This document shows, one piece after another, positions 36,747 to 46,072 of a stretch of 64,000 nucleotides of DNA. Numbering within the stretch: the stretch's first letter is position 1; every line of letters starts with the position of its first letter. A model generated the notes under the pieces. It saw nothing but the letters and a program-made list of their open reading frames with translations, made no database searches and had not been told where the DNA came from. A program made the position numbers and the translations under genes. The DNA is from Chloroflexia bacterium (GTDB lineage: Bacteria; Chloroflexota; Chloroflexia; Thermomicrobiales; UBA6265): the NCBI GenBank assembly GCA_043427975.1, contig JBHWTK010000062.1, positions 10,281 through 74,280 of the forward strand, written 5' to 3'.

Positions 36747-37772
36747 ATGCCTACGACTCGACGACAGGTAGCACAGTTGTTTGCAGCCGGCGCTCTTGGC
36801 GCTGCGGTGCTTAAGGCACCGGCAGTGGCCGCGCAGGATCGGAAGACCATCGCCACCGGCGGTACCGGCGGTGTGTACTATCCCTACGGCGGCGCGCTGG
36901 CCAGTGTGCTCAGCAATACCCTCCCGGATACCGAGTGGACCGCCGAGGAAACATCGGCCTCGGTCGATAACATGTACCTGATCGAATCCGGCGATGCCGA
37001 CCTCGCCTTCGTGCTGTCGGACACCGCCTACGATGCCGGCCAGGGCAACGATCCCTTCGAGGCGCCCATCGAGGCCGCCACCCTGGTGACGCTGTACAAC
37101 AACTACACCCACATTGTGGTGAACGCCGATGCCGGTATCTCCACGGTGGAAGACTTGAAGGACAAGAAGGTATCCGTGGGTTCGCCGGGCTCCGGTACCG
37201 AGGTGATCGCCCTGCGCGTGCTGGAAGCCGCTGGCCTGAACCCCGATGAGGATATCTCCCGCGAGCAGCTCGGGGCCGCCGAATCCGCCGGCGCCATGAA
37301 GGACGGCCTGATCGACGCTTTCTTCTGGAGTGGTGGCCTGCCCACCGCTGCGGTTATCGACCTCACCGCCACACCGAACCTGAGCGTGAGCTTCCTGGCT
37401 ACGGACCAGTACCTGGACCAGCTGAAGGAGTCCTACGGCGAGTTCTACGCCGTGGCCAATATCCCGGCCGGAACCTATGGCGAGAGCCAGGCCGAGGATG
37501 TGCCGGTCGTTGTCGTGCCGAATGTGCTGGTTGCCCCGGCCGATATGGACGAGCAGATGGCCTACGATATCGTCAAGGCGATTTTCGATAACCAGGACCA
37601 GCTGGTCGCTGCCGCGCCATCTGCCGCCGAACTCACGCTCGGGTCGGCGCAGTGCTCGGCTGCCCTGCCGTACCACCCGGGCGCGCTGCGGTACCTCTCG
37701 GAGCAGGGGATTGCCGAAGGCACCTGCGAGGTGGGTGGTTCAGGAACGCCGGAAGCCACACCAGAAGGATAA
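36747..37772 (+). CDS. TAXI family TRAP transporter solute-binding protein
   Basis: Tat-like signal MPTTRRQVAQLFAAGALGAAVLKAPAVAA, then IATGGTGGVYYPYGGALASVL, typical of TAXI receptors. Confidence 0.9.
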   Translation: MPTTRRQVAQLFAAGALGAAVLKAPAVAAQDRKTIATGGTGGVYYPYGGALASVLSNTLPDTEWTAEETSASVDNMYLIESGDADLAFVLSDTAYDAGQGNDPFEAPIEAATLVTLYNNYTHIVVNADAGISTVEDLKDKKVSVGSPGSGTEVIALRVLEAAGLNPDEDISREQLGAAESAGAMKDGLIDAFFWSGGLPTAAVIDLTATPNLSVSFLATDQYLDQLKESYGEFYAVANIPAGTYGESQAEDVPVVVVPNVLVAPADMDEQMAYDIVKAIFDNQDQLVAAAPSAAELTLGSAQCSAALPYHPGALRYLSEQGIAEGTCEVGGSGTPEATPEG

Positions 37773-37820
37773 TCCCGTGCGCCAGCCGGGAGGGGTACAG
37801 CCTCTCCCGGTTTCGGCCCG

Positions 37821-38306
37821 GTGCCAATGATGATGCGAATCGCCGTGTTACTGGGCGCCATCCTGCTCCTCATGGTTCCCGTGCTGCTGGCTACGCCCGC
37901 GCAATCGTTGCAGGTGCGGACCGATACGGGAGCGCTGGTATGGTGCACCGGGATTTCCCGGCACGATACCGTGCAACTGCAGTTCACCCATTCCATGTTC
38001 GGCGGTTACGTGCGCGAGCAGTGGCGGGCTACCCCGGGGAACGACCTGCAGCGAGTGCGTATTGTCACCGAAAACGCGGCAGCCGCCGAGTATTACGCCA
38101 CGGATGGCACCAGCTACCGCGCAGATGACGGCTATGTGGTTCCCGGCGGCCCCCTCCAGCAACCTGCGCTGCTGGTACGGGTCAACCAGCGCGGCAACCA
38201 CCATCTTTCGGTGAACGGTGCAACGGTGCATCTCGCCGGGCTCCTGCCTGGGAGCACACAGGTGCGCATTGCGGTGTACCCGCAATCGTGCGACGAGGCC
38301 GATTAA
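37821..38306 (+). CDS. DUF1850-like protein
   Basis: Signal/TM then FTHSMFGGYVREQW...ENAAAAEYY. Sits between the TAXI receptor and the fused permease, the usual DUF1850 position (from memory). Confidence 0.7.
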   Translation: MPMMMRIAVLLGAILLLMVPVLLATPAQSLQVRTDTGALVWCTGISRHDTVQLQFTHSMFGGYVREQWRATPGNDLQRVRIVTENAAAAEYYATDGTSYRADDGYVVPGGPLQQPALLVRVNQRGNHHLSVNGATVHLAGLLPGSTQVRIAVYPQSCDEAD

Positions 38307-38335
38307 TTCCCTGTTCCGGAAAGGATCAGTTCACG

Positions 38336-40372
38336 ATGTCCGAGTCGTCGGAGTTGAAAGAGAAGCCAGTCCGGAACCAGCAGGATGCGGTCGCGGAGTT
38401 TGAGCCGGATTTCTCTGAAGAAACGGTTGATACCCAGGCATTAATCGAGGAATACGAATCCGAACTGCCTACCCGTACCTTTGGCGGTGTGTTGTTCTGG
38501 GTGGTAGGGACATTCGCCGTCATCATCTCGGTGTTTGCCCTTGCAAAAACGCAGGTGATCATTCCCACACAGAGCTACCGGGTTGCGTTCCTTGGTGCCG
38601 CCCTGGCGCTCACGTTCATGATGTACCCGTGGCGTCGCTCCGCTGCGCGGAATCCCACGATCATCGATGTCCTGACATCGATCGTGTTCGCGGGTATCTC
38701 TGTGGTGGCCTCGCTTTATCCGTTTGTGGATGGGTTCGACCAGTTCCTGCGGCGTTCGGTGCGTCCCAACGATACCGATGTGCTGATGGGCGTGTTGCTT
38801 ATTGTGATGGTGCTGGAAGCCACCCGACGTACTGTTGGCTGGATCCTGCCGGCATTCGCCACGCTGTTGCTGGCGTATGCCCATTGGGGCTATCTGCTCC
38901 CCGGCGATTGGGGCCACAAGGGCTATTCGCTGGAACGCATTGTTGGCCACATGTATATCGATGTGAAGGGCATTTACGGCACTGCGCTGGATGTAGCCGC
39001 GACGTATATCGTGCTCTTCACCATTTACGGGGCGGTGCTGGAATTCTCGGGTGCGGGCAAGTTCTTCCTCGATTTCTCGTTCGCCGCCACGGGCCGCAAG
39101 GCGAGTGGGGCAGGCCGTACCGCCACCATTGCCGGGTTCCTGCTCGGCACGGTTTCCGGATCGGGTGTGGCGACCACCGTCACGCTGGGGTCAGTGGCCT
39201 GGCCGATGCTGCGCAAGGCAGGCTACGAGCGCAATTCCGCCGGTGCCGTTCTTTCCGCCGGTGGTATTGGGGCCATTCTTTCACCGCCGACCCTGGGAGC
39301 GGCGGCGTTCATCATCGCGGAGTATCTCCAGATCTCCTACCTTGAGGTGCTGAAACTCGCCACTATCCCCACCATCCTCTACTACCTCTGCATCTTCCTG
39401 ATGATCGAGCTCGATTCCCGCAAGATGCGCACAAAAGCGGTGGTGATCGAGACCCTGCCGGCGAAAACACTGGCCAAGCGCTACTGGTACCACTTCACCA
39501 GCCTGGTCACCATTGTCGCGCTCATGGCCTATGGCTATACCCCGTTCCGGGCCGTGGTGTACTCCACTGCAATCGCCTTCCTGCTCAGTTTCCTGCGGCG
39601 CGAAACCGCAATGACTCCCCGGCGTACCTGGGAGGCATTGCGTGCCGGCTCGGTGGGCACGCTGAGCGTTGCCAGCACCTGCGCCACCGCCGGCCTGATT
39701 GTGGGCGTGATGACGCTCACCGGCCTGGGCCTGAAAATGAGCGACCTTATCGTGGATCTCGCCAACGATACGCTCATCCTCAGCATCCTCTATTCGGCGC
39801 TGGCCGTGTGGATCCTCGGGCTGGCGGTGCCGGTGACGGCCAGTTATATCATCGCTGCGGCAATCATCGCCCCGGCGCTCGTGGCCATGGATGTGCCCCT
39901 TGTCGCAGTCCACATGTTCATCTTCTATTACGCGGTCCTGAGCGAGGTGAGCCCGCCAACCGCGCTGGCACCGTTCGCGGCCAGTGCCATTACCGGTGGT
40001 AACCCGTTCAAAACCATGATGATTACCTGGAAATACACGCTGCCCGCGTTCGTGGTGCCGTTCATGTTCACGCTGGATGTGGATAACGGCATTAACCTGC
40101 TCATGCAGGGCACCTGGCCGGATATCATCCTCAGCACGCTCACCGCCTGTTTCGCGATTGTGGCGCTGGTAGCCGGCGTGGGCGGGTGGATTCGACGACC
40201 GGCGAACGCTGTGGAGCGCGCCCTGATGATCGTGGCGGCCGGCTTCCTCTTCTACACCGGCCCCGTGCAGGACGTCATCGGCCTCGCGTTCTTTGCCGGG
40301 GCAGTGGCCCTGCACTGGATGCGGGTTCGCGGCCAACCGGATGATGACGCACCCGTACCGGCACCAGCCTGA
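38336..40372 (+). CDS. TRAP transporter fused permease (TAXI-type)
   Basis: 678-aa polytopic protein. ATG 38336 after AAAGGA. Confidence 0.9.
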   Translation: MSESSELKEKPVRNQQDAVAEFEPDFSEETVDTQALIEEYESELPTRTFGGVLFWVVGTFAVIISVFALAKTQVIIPTQSYRVAFLGAALALTFMMYPWRRSAARNPTIIDVLTSIVFAGISVVASLYPFVDGFDQFLRRSVRPNDTDVLMGVLLIVMVLEATRRTVGWILPAFATLLLAYAHWGYLLPGDWGHKGYSLERIVGHMYIDVKGIYGTALDVAATYIVLFTIYGAVLEFSGAGKFFLDFSFAATGRKASGAGRTATIAGFLLGTVSGSGVATTVTLGSVAWPMLRKAGYERNSAGAVLSAGGIGAILSPPTLGAAAFIIAEYLQISYLEVLKLATIPTILYYLCIFLMIELDSRKMRTKAVVIETLPAKTLAKRYWYHFTSLVTIVALMAYGYTPFRAVVYSTAIAFLLSFLRRETAMTPRRTWEALRAGSVGTLSVASTCATAGLIVGVMTLTGLGLKMSDLIVDLANDTLILSILYSALAVWILGLAVPVTASYIIAAAIIAPALVAMDVPLVAVHMFIFYYAVLSEVSPPTALAPFAASAITGGNPFKTMMITWKYTLPAFVVPFMFTLDVDNGINLLMQGTWPDIILSTLTACFAIVALVAGVGGWIRRPANAVERALMIVAAGFLFYTGPVQDVIGLAFFAGAVALHWMRVRGQPDDDAPVPAPA

Positions 40373-40383
40373 CAGATAGACAG

Positions 40384-40411
40384 CGGCCCGGATCATGTGA
40401 TCCGGGCCGCA
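40384..40411. terminator. hairpin between convergent genes
   Basis: 12-bp perfect stem GCGGCCCGGATC / GATCCGGGCCGC with a 4-nt loop. Confidence 0.6.
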
Positions 40412-40420
40412 TGGGTGTTG

Positions 40421-41362
40421 CTATTTGGTGTATTCCGGTGCGTCTTCGGGGCTGCGCTCCAGGAATACCGGGCAGGGCGCTTCGCGGATCAGTTTCTCGG
40501 CCACGCTTCCCAGTGCCCAGCGCTTGTAGCCACCCTGGCCGCGGCTGGTGATTACGAGGATATCGTCATCGCTTACCGCCCACATCAGCGTGAATGGCAC
40601 CGATCCTTCCACCAGTTCAATCGATATATTCTCGTACTGTTCCCTGGCCTCGGCCTGTTTCGCTTCAAGGTAGGCGATTGCCTCATCGCGCACCTGGGCC
40701 AGCGTTTTGTCATACAGATCCGGGTCCATGGCCTTGGGATCGGGCAGGCCAGGATTACGCTCGCGCATCTCACGAAGGGCAGCCTTTACATCCTGCAACC
40801 CTACGCTACGCACCAGCACCAGTGGCAGTTGTAGCGCCGATGCCAGCCGTACCGACGCCGCCAGGCCTTGCTCCGCAATGGCGCTGCCATCCAGCGCGCA
40901 GACGATCCGCGTTGGTGTTTTCGGGTTACGGGTGAGTTCGCCCACGCGCACCAGGAGGGTGGGGGTGGTGCCGTGCCGCACCACGCGATCGGCCATGCTG
41001 CCGAATATGATGCGGCCAGCCGCGCCCCGGCCGTGCGTCATCATCACGATCAGGTCGGCTTCCTCCCCGGCGCGGATAATCTCCTCGGCCACATCGCCGA
41101 TCCGCACCTCCACGGTTACCTCGCGCTCCGGTGTGCGCAGCTCGGCAGCCATTTGCTCCATCTGCTCGGAGAGTGTCGACTCGGTGCGGGCACTGTCGCG
41201 GCGCAGGATCCAGTCCGGCACGATCACCTCGCGATCGACCATGACATGCAGCAGGACCAGTTCACGGGCGGGGATACGGGTTGCGTAACTCAGCGCTGCG
41301 CGACTGGCTTCCGAGCCATCGAGCGGGACAACGATGCGATTGTAGGTGGGTGATGTAGCCAT
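40421..41362 (-). CDS. tandem universal stress protein
   Basis: Two Usp domains: IVVPLDGSEASRAAL... and IVCALDGSAIAEQGL..., each with a G-x2-G-x9-G(S/T)-like tail. ATG 41362 after GGGAGGA. Confidence 0.9.
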   Translation of the reverse strand: MATSPTYNRIVVPLDGSEASRAALSYATRIPARELVLLHVMVDREVIVPDWILRRDSARTESTLSEQMEQMAAELRTPEREVTVEVRIGDVAEEIIRAGEEADLIVMMTHGRGAAGRIIFGSMADRVVRHGTTPTLLVRVGELTRNPKTPTRIVCALDGSAIAEQGLAASVRLASALQLPLVLVRSVGLQDVKAALREMRERNPGLPDPKAMDPDLYDKTLAQVRDEAIAYLEAKQAEAREQYENISIELVEGSVPFTLMWAVSDDDILVITSRGQGGYKRWALGSVAEKLIREAPCPVFLERSPEDAPEYTK

Positions 41363-41647
41363 ACGATCCTCCCGTGAGCAACGTGGCGGTATGCCGCCTT
41401 CTGTATACACCAATGATACGGCTGAATTGGCCGCAATATCGAGGGATACGGGCCACTGGTTGCGCCGCGGAGCCCACGATGCTGGTGAACGGGTCTGGCA
41501 GAAGTGTATTCATCGCGCACTTTGCTTTATGATTTCCCCCACAGGACTTTGGGGCGCTCCTGGGCGCGAGAAATGTCGGCACCCGGGGATGGGGCCACAG
41601 ATCAGACCAGCACAAGCACGATCTGATGTAGAGAGGGGTATGCCGCT

Positions 41648-42727
41648 ATGGAACTCCAGCCGACGGCTGAACTGGTGTACGAGGCGGGGGAGGAAGAAGA
41701 GCTTCGCAAGAGCCGGTGGCGGACAATCCTCGGGAGTTTTGTGTTCCGTCGATTCCTCCGGGCGCTGCTTACCATCTTTGTGGTAACGACCTTTATCTTC
41801 TTCCTGGTGCGCCTGTTGCCCGGAAATCCGATTGAGGTCTACATCAATCGCCAGATGACCCAATTCGGGTATTCCTACGACGATGCCTCGAACCAGGCAC
41901 GCTCGTTGTTTGCGATTGATGTCGATCGCCCGATCATGCTGCAGTACTTCGATTACCTGAAGAACCTGCTGCAGGGCAACCTGGGAACCTCGATGGTGCT
42001 GCCGGGGACCACCGTTTCCAGCATTATCCTCAGCCGCATCTGGTGGACGATTTTCTCCGTGGGTACGGCATTGATCCTGGCATTCACCCTGGGCAGCTTT
42101 ATCGGCATGATCATGGCGTACAAGCGCGGGTCCTTGTTCGATGGTGTGGCCAGCACGCTCGGCTCTATTTTGAACAGCTTCCCCAATTACCTGTTCGCAC
42201 TCTTGCTGATTACCGTCTTCGCTGTGCAGCTTGGCTGGATTCCGTATGTCGAAATGCGAGGGTCGTTATCCAGCGGCCAGCCGGTGGAGTTCAGTTGGGC
42301 GTTCTTTAAGGACGCCATCTATCACGCCATCCTGCCGATCTCGGTATATACCGTCACCAGTATTGGCGGCTGGATGCTGCTGATGAAGAGTTCCACCATT
42401 TCCACCCTGGAGGAGGATTACGTCACGGCCGCCCGCGCCCGCGGTGTGCCGGAATGGCGCATTCTCCTGTTCTATGTGGGCCGGAACGCTATCCTGCCGC
42501 TGTTCACCCAGCTCACCATTTCCATCGGCTTCGTAGTTGGTGGATCGCTGCTGGTCGAGCCTATCTTCCAGTACCAGGGCATTGGTCAACGGTTGCTGCT
42601 CAGCATCCAGGATCGCGATTATCCGGTGCTGCAGGGCATTTTCCTGGTGGTCACGATCTCGGTGGTGATGGCACTGTTTGTCGCTGACCTTCTCTACAGC
42701 CGGCTTGATCCGCGAATCCGATCCTAG
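41648..42727 (+). CDS. peptide/nickel ABC transporter permease (DppB/OppB-like)
   Basis: FRRFLRALLTIFVVTTFIFFLVRLLPGNP is a typical N-terminus. Contains an EAA-loop region. Confidence 0.9.
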   Translation: MELQPTAELVYEAGEEEELRKSRWRTILGSFVFRRFLRALLTIFVVTTFIFFLVRLLPGNPIEVYINRQMTQFGYSYDDASNQARSLFAIDVDRPIMLQYFDYLKNLLQGNLGTSMVLPGTTVSSIILSRIWWTIFSVGTALILAFTLGSFIGMIMAYKRGSLFDGVASTLGSILNSFPNYLFALLLITVFAVQLGWIPYVEMRGSLSSGQPVEFSWAFFKDAIYHAILPISVYTVTSIGGWMLLMKSSTISTLEEDYVTAARARGVPEWRILLFYVGRNAILPLFTQLTISIGFVVGGSLLVEPIFQYQGIGQRLLLSIQDRDYPVLQGIFLVVTISVVMALFVADLLYSRLDPRIRS

Positions 42728-42739
42728 GGGGGCCGGGAG

Positions 42740-43642
42740 ATGACGACTGCAACGGTGGAACCACGCGCAACTGCAAACGACGAGGAGCGGATCATTCCCG
42801 CCAAACCGTGGCGGCGGTTTGTGAGCCGGAACAAGCTGGGCACCTTTGGCATTGTGGTGCTCGTGGCGATCCTGATCCTGAGCTTTATCGGGCCGTTCTT
42901 CCTGCCGGATGGCAACCCGACACGCCTTGATGAGAGGTTTTGCCAGCCAAGCCGTGATGCCTGGTTGGGCTGTGATCATCGCGGGCGGGATATCTGGTAC
43001 CAAATCGTCAACGGCGGGAGCCGGCTGATCATCGTCAGCGCGGCGGCAGCATTTATCAGCACGCTCATTGCCATTACCTTCGGCGCACTGGCGGCCATGA
43101 TCGGCGGCAAGTTCGAATCCGTGGTGCTGATGCTTACCGAGGTTGTGCTCACTGTCCCCACCATCATCCTGCTGGGTGTGCTGGCAGCGTTTGTGAAGCT
43201 CAACAGCCCCATCTTGCTGGTGGTGATCCTCGCGGCCACCGGCTGGCCAACCCTGCTGCGTGCCGTACGCGCGCAGGTGCTCAGCCTGAAGGAGCGCGAG
43301 TTTGTGGAGGCCGCCAGGATGCTGGACCTCGGTTTGCCGCGCATCCTCTTCCGCGAAGTGCTGCCAAATATGGCCAGCTATATCCTGATCAACTTCGTGT
43401 TTGGCATGACCGGGGCCATCTATGGGCAGGTGGTGTTGTACTTCCTCGGCCTCGTATCGCTGAGTGGCGATAACTGGGGCCTTATGGTGGACCAGGCCTA
43501 CCGGCAGGGAGCCGCGACCTCGCCAGAGCTGATGATGTACTTGCTCGCGCCCATTGTCATGATTGTGTTGCTTATGTGGTCGCTTACGCTGGTGGCCCGG
43601 GCGTTGGAAGATGTGTTCAATCCTCGCTTGCGGGAGGTATAA
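42740..43642 (+). CDS. peptide/nickel ABC transporter permease (DppC/OppC-like)
   Basis: Polytopic. Typical WLGCDHRGRDIW motif region. Confidence 0.9.
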   Translation: MTTATVEPRATANDEERIIPAKPWRRFVSRNKLGTFGIVVLVAILILSFIGPFFLPDGNPTRLDERFCQPSRDAWLGCDHRGRDIWYQIVNGGSRLIIVSAAAAFISTLIAITFGALAAMIGGKFESVVLMLTEVVLTVPTIILLGVLAAFVKLNSPILLVVILAATGWPTLLRAVRAQVLSLKEREFVEAARMLDLGLPRILFREVLPNMASYILINFVFGMTGAIYGQVVLYFLGLVSLSGDNWGLMVDQAYRQGAATSPELMMYLLAPIVMIVLLMWSLTLVARALEDVFNPRLREV

Positions 43643-43645
43643 GGC

Positions 43646-44749
43646 ATGGCCGACCAAACAACTGCTGCCCTCCAGGCGGAGCGCAACCGCACACGCGGTA
43701 CCGCCGAATCCGAAGCACCCGTCATTCTTTCCGTCCGGAATGTGTCGGTGCAATACAAAACGCCGTTTGGCTGGATGACCGCCGTGCGGAACTCCAGCAT
43801 GGATATCCGGCGTGGCGAGGCGGTGGCGCTGATTGGCGAATCCGGCTCGGGCAAATCCACGCTCGGGTTCGCGCTGCTGCGCATGCTGGTGCGGGCAGCC
43901 CGCGTATCTGGCGGTGAGGCGATTTTCACCGAGCCCGATGGCCGCTCCTACGACCTGTTCAAAATGACCGACAAGGAGTTCCGCGAATTCCGCTGGAACA
44001 AGTGCGCCATGACCTTCCAGGCGGCGCAGAACGTGCTGAACCCGGTGATGCGCGTGAGCCAGACGTTCTACGAAACGGCAAAGGCCCACGGCTGGAACGA
44101 TCGCAAGGCCGTACGGGAAAAGACGCTCGACCTGTTCAGGAAGGTGCAGCTCGATCCGCAGCGCGTGTTCGATTCCTACCCGCACGAACTCTCCGGCGGT
44201 ATGCGACAGCGCGTCAGCATCGCCCTCAGCCTGCTGCTTGATCCCGACCTGCTGATCCTGGACGAGCCGACCACCGCGCTCGATATCATCACCCAGCGGG
44301 CGATTATCGATGTGATCAAGAGCCTGCGCGAGCAGCTCGATTTCACCATGATCTTTATCAGTCACGACCTCAGCCTGGCCGCTGAGCTGGCTGACCGCGT
44401 GGCGACCATGTACGCGGGCGAAATTGTGGAATACGGCCCGGTGCGTGATGTGTTCTACGAACCTGAGCATCCCTACACTGTGGGATTGCTGAACGCCGTG
44501 CCGCCGATTGTGGGCGAGGAGTTCACGCCGCTGGTTGCCATTCCGGGTGCCACGCCGAACCTGCTGAGCATTCCCACCGGCTGCCCGTTCCACCCGCGCT
44601 GCCCGTACCACACCGAGATATGCACTACCGTCAACCCGCCGCTTGAAGAAGTTGGCGGAACCCACTGGGTTGCCTGCCACCACCACGAGAAGGTGACGCT
44701 GGATCAGGAGATTTGGGAAGAAATGGAGGCAACCGTTGTTGCGAAATAA
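43646..44749 (+). CDS. peptide/nickel ABC transporter ATP-binding protein (DppD/OppD-like)
   Basis: Walker A GESGSGKST, LSGGMRQRV, LILDEPTTALD, C-terminal oligopeptide-ATPase Cys motif CPFHPRCP. Confidence 0.9.
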   Translation: MADQTTAALQAERNRTRGTAESEAPVILSVRNVSVQYKTPFGWMTAVRNSSMDIRRGEAVALIGESGSGKSTLGFALLRMLVRAARVSGGEAIFTEPDGRSYDLFKMTDKEFREFRWNKCAMTFQAAQNVLNPVMRVSQTFYETAKAHGWNDRKAVREKTLDLFRKVQLDPQRVFDSYPHELSGGMRQRVSIALSLLLDPDLLILDEPTTALDIITQRAIIDVIKSLREQLDFTMIFISHDLSLAAELADRVATMYAGEIVEYGPVRDVFYEPEHPYTVGLLNAVPPIVGEEFTPLVAIPGATPNLLSIPTGCPFHPRCPYHTEICTTVNPPLEEVGGTHWVACHHHEKVTLDQEIWEEMEATVVAK

Positions 44750-45833
44750 CGCTGTAGCACCAGAAACGGATGCCCACATCGACCGCGGTGAGCCGATTAT
44801 GCGGCTCCACAACCTCCGCAAGGATTTCGATTCGCGCGGGGGTGGGATTACCGCCGTTGATAACGTGAATTTCGATCTCTACCAGGGCGATATCCTCTGC
44901 CTGGTGGGGGAGAGTGGGTCCGGCAAAACTACCGTGGCCCGTATGGCCGCCGGACTGCTGAAGCCCACCCGGGGTACGGTGTACTTTGAGGGCAAGGACA
45001 TTCACGCAATGTCCAAGAACGAGTTCAGCGAGTATCGCCGCGCGGTGCAGATTATCCACCAGGATCCGTACGCATCGCTGAACCCGATTCATACCGTGGG
45101 CGATATGCTGCGGGCTCCGCTGCTCAAGCACAAGATCTGCAAGAACCGCGCGGAGGCCACCAAACGCGCCGGTGAACTGCTGGAACTGGTGGATTGCCGC
45201 CCGGTAGAGAACTTTATCGACAAATACCCGCACCAGCTCTCGGGTGGGCAACGCCAGCGCATCTCCATTGCGCGGGCCATGACCCTCAATCCGCGCGTCA
45301 TAATTGCTGATGAAAGCGTGAGCATGGTGGATGTCAGTATCCGCGTGAGCCTGTTGAACACCATGCTTAAGCTCAGCCGGGAACTGAATGTCACCTTCCT
45401 GTTCATCACGCACGACCTCGCGGTGGTGAAGTACTTCGGATGGGAAGGCAACATTGCCGTGATGTACGTGGGCAAGGTAGTGGAGCACGGCCGGACGCCG
45501 GGCGTAATTGGCCGCAGCCTCCATCCGTATACCCGCGCGCTGGCAGCCGCAATTCCGGAGGCCGACCCCGATCTCACCCGGTCCAAGGAGAAACTGCAGC
45601 TCCGCAGCCTGGATATCCCCAGGCTCACCGAACTGCCGGACGGCTGTGTGTTCCACCCCCGGTGTCCGTACTGGGTGCAGGGCGTGTGCGATGTGGTTGT
45701 GCCCCCGCTGGTACGGGTGCAGGAAGATCGCGAGGTCGCCTGCCACGTTGTCCAGGCAATTGCGGAACGCGGTGGCAACCCACGCGACATCCAGGTGACC
45801 GATCAGTTGGCAAATGAGCTAATGCGCAAATGA
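44736..45833 (+). CDS. peptide/nickel ABC transporter ATP-binding protein (DppF/OppF-like)
   Basis: GESGSGKTT, LSGGQRQRI, IIADESVSMVD, CVFHPRCP. TTG start 6 nt after GGAGG; start uncertain. Confidence 0.85.
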   Translation: MLRNNAVAPETDAHIDRGEPIMRLHNLRKDFDSRGGGITAVDNVNFDLYQGDILCLVGESGSGKTTVARMAAGLLKPTRGTVYFEGKDIHAMSKNEFSEYRRAVQIIHQDPYASLNPIHTVGDMLRAPLLKHKICKNRAEATKRAGELLELVDCRPVENFIDKYPHQLSGGQRQRISIARAMTLNPRVIIADESVSMVDVSIRVSLLNTMLKLSRELNVTFLFITHDLAVVKYFGWEGNIAVMYVGKVVEHGRTPGVIGRSLHPYTRALAAAIPEADPDLTRSKEKLQLRSLDIPRLTELPDGCVFHPRCPYWVQGVCDVVVPPLVRVQEDREVACHVVQAIAERGGNPRDIQVTDQLANELMRK

Positions 45834-46072
45834 TACTGTGTACGAAACGCAGTGTTCTTGCAAAACCATGGCAATGGTTGCATGATTATCATGTTGTTTC
45901 CGCACGAGGTCGATAGCGTTATGCCGAGCGCGTTCAGGAATTTCTGAGCAGATCACAGATTCGCCCGTATGGGTGGGTATCGTGTGCACGCCGCATATGC
46001 TATGTCCTTGGTGCATGGAACGCATTCGTTTGGGTGCCAGATGTCCTGGTATCTGATGAAAGGATGAGGATC

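Noticed and set aside
42266-44821. 851-aa minus-strand ORF, the longest in the window
   Set aside because: Antisense of three ABC transporter genes that have Walker and signature motifs. Shadow ORF.
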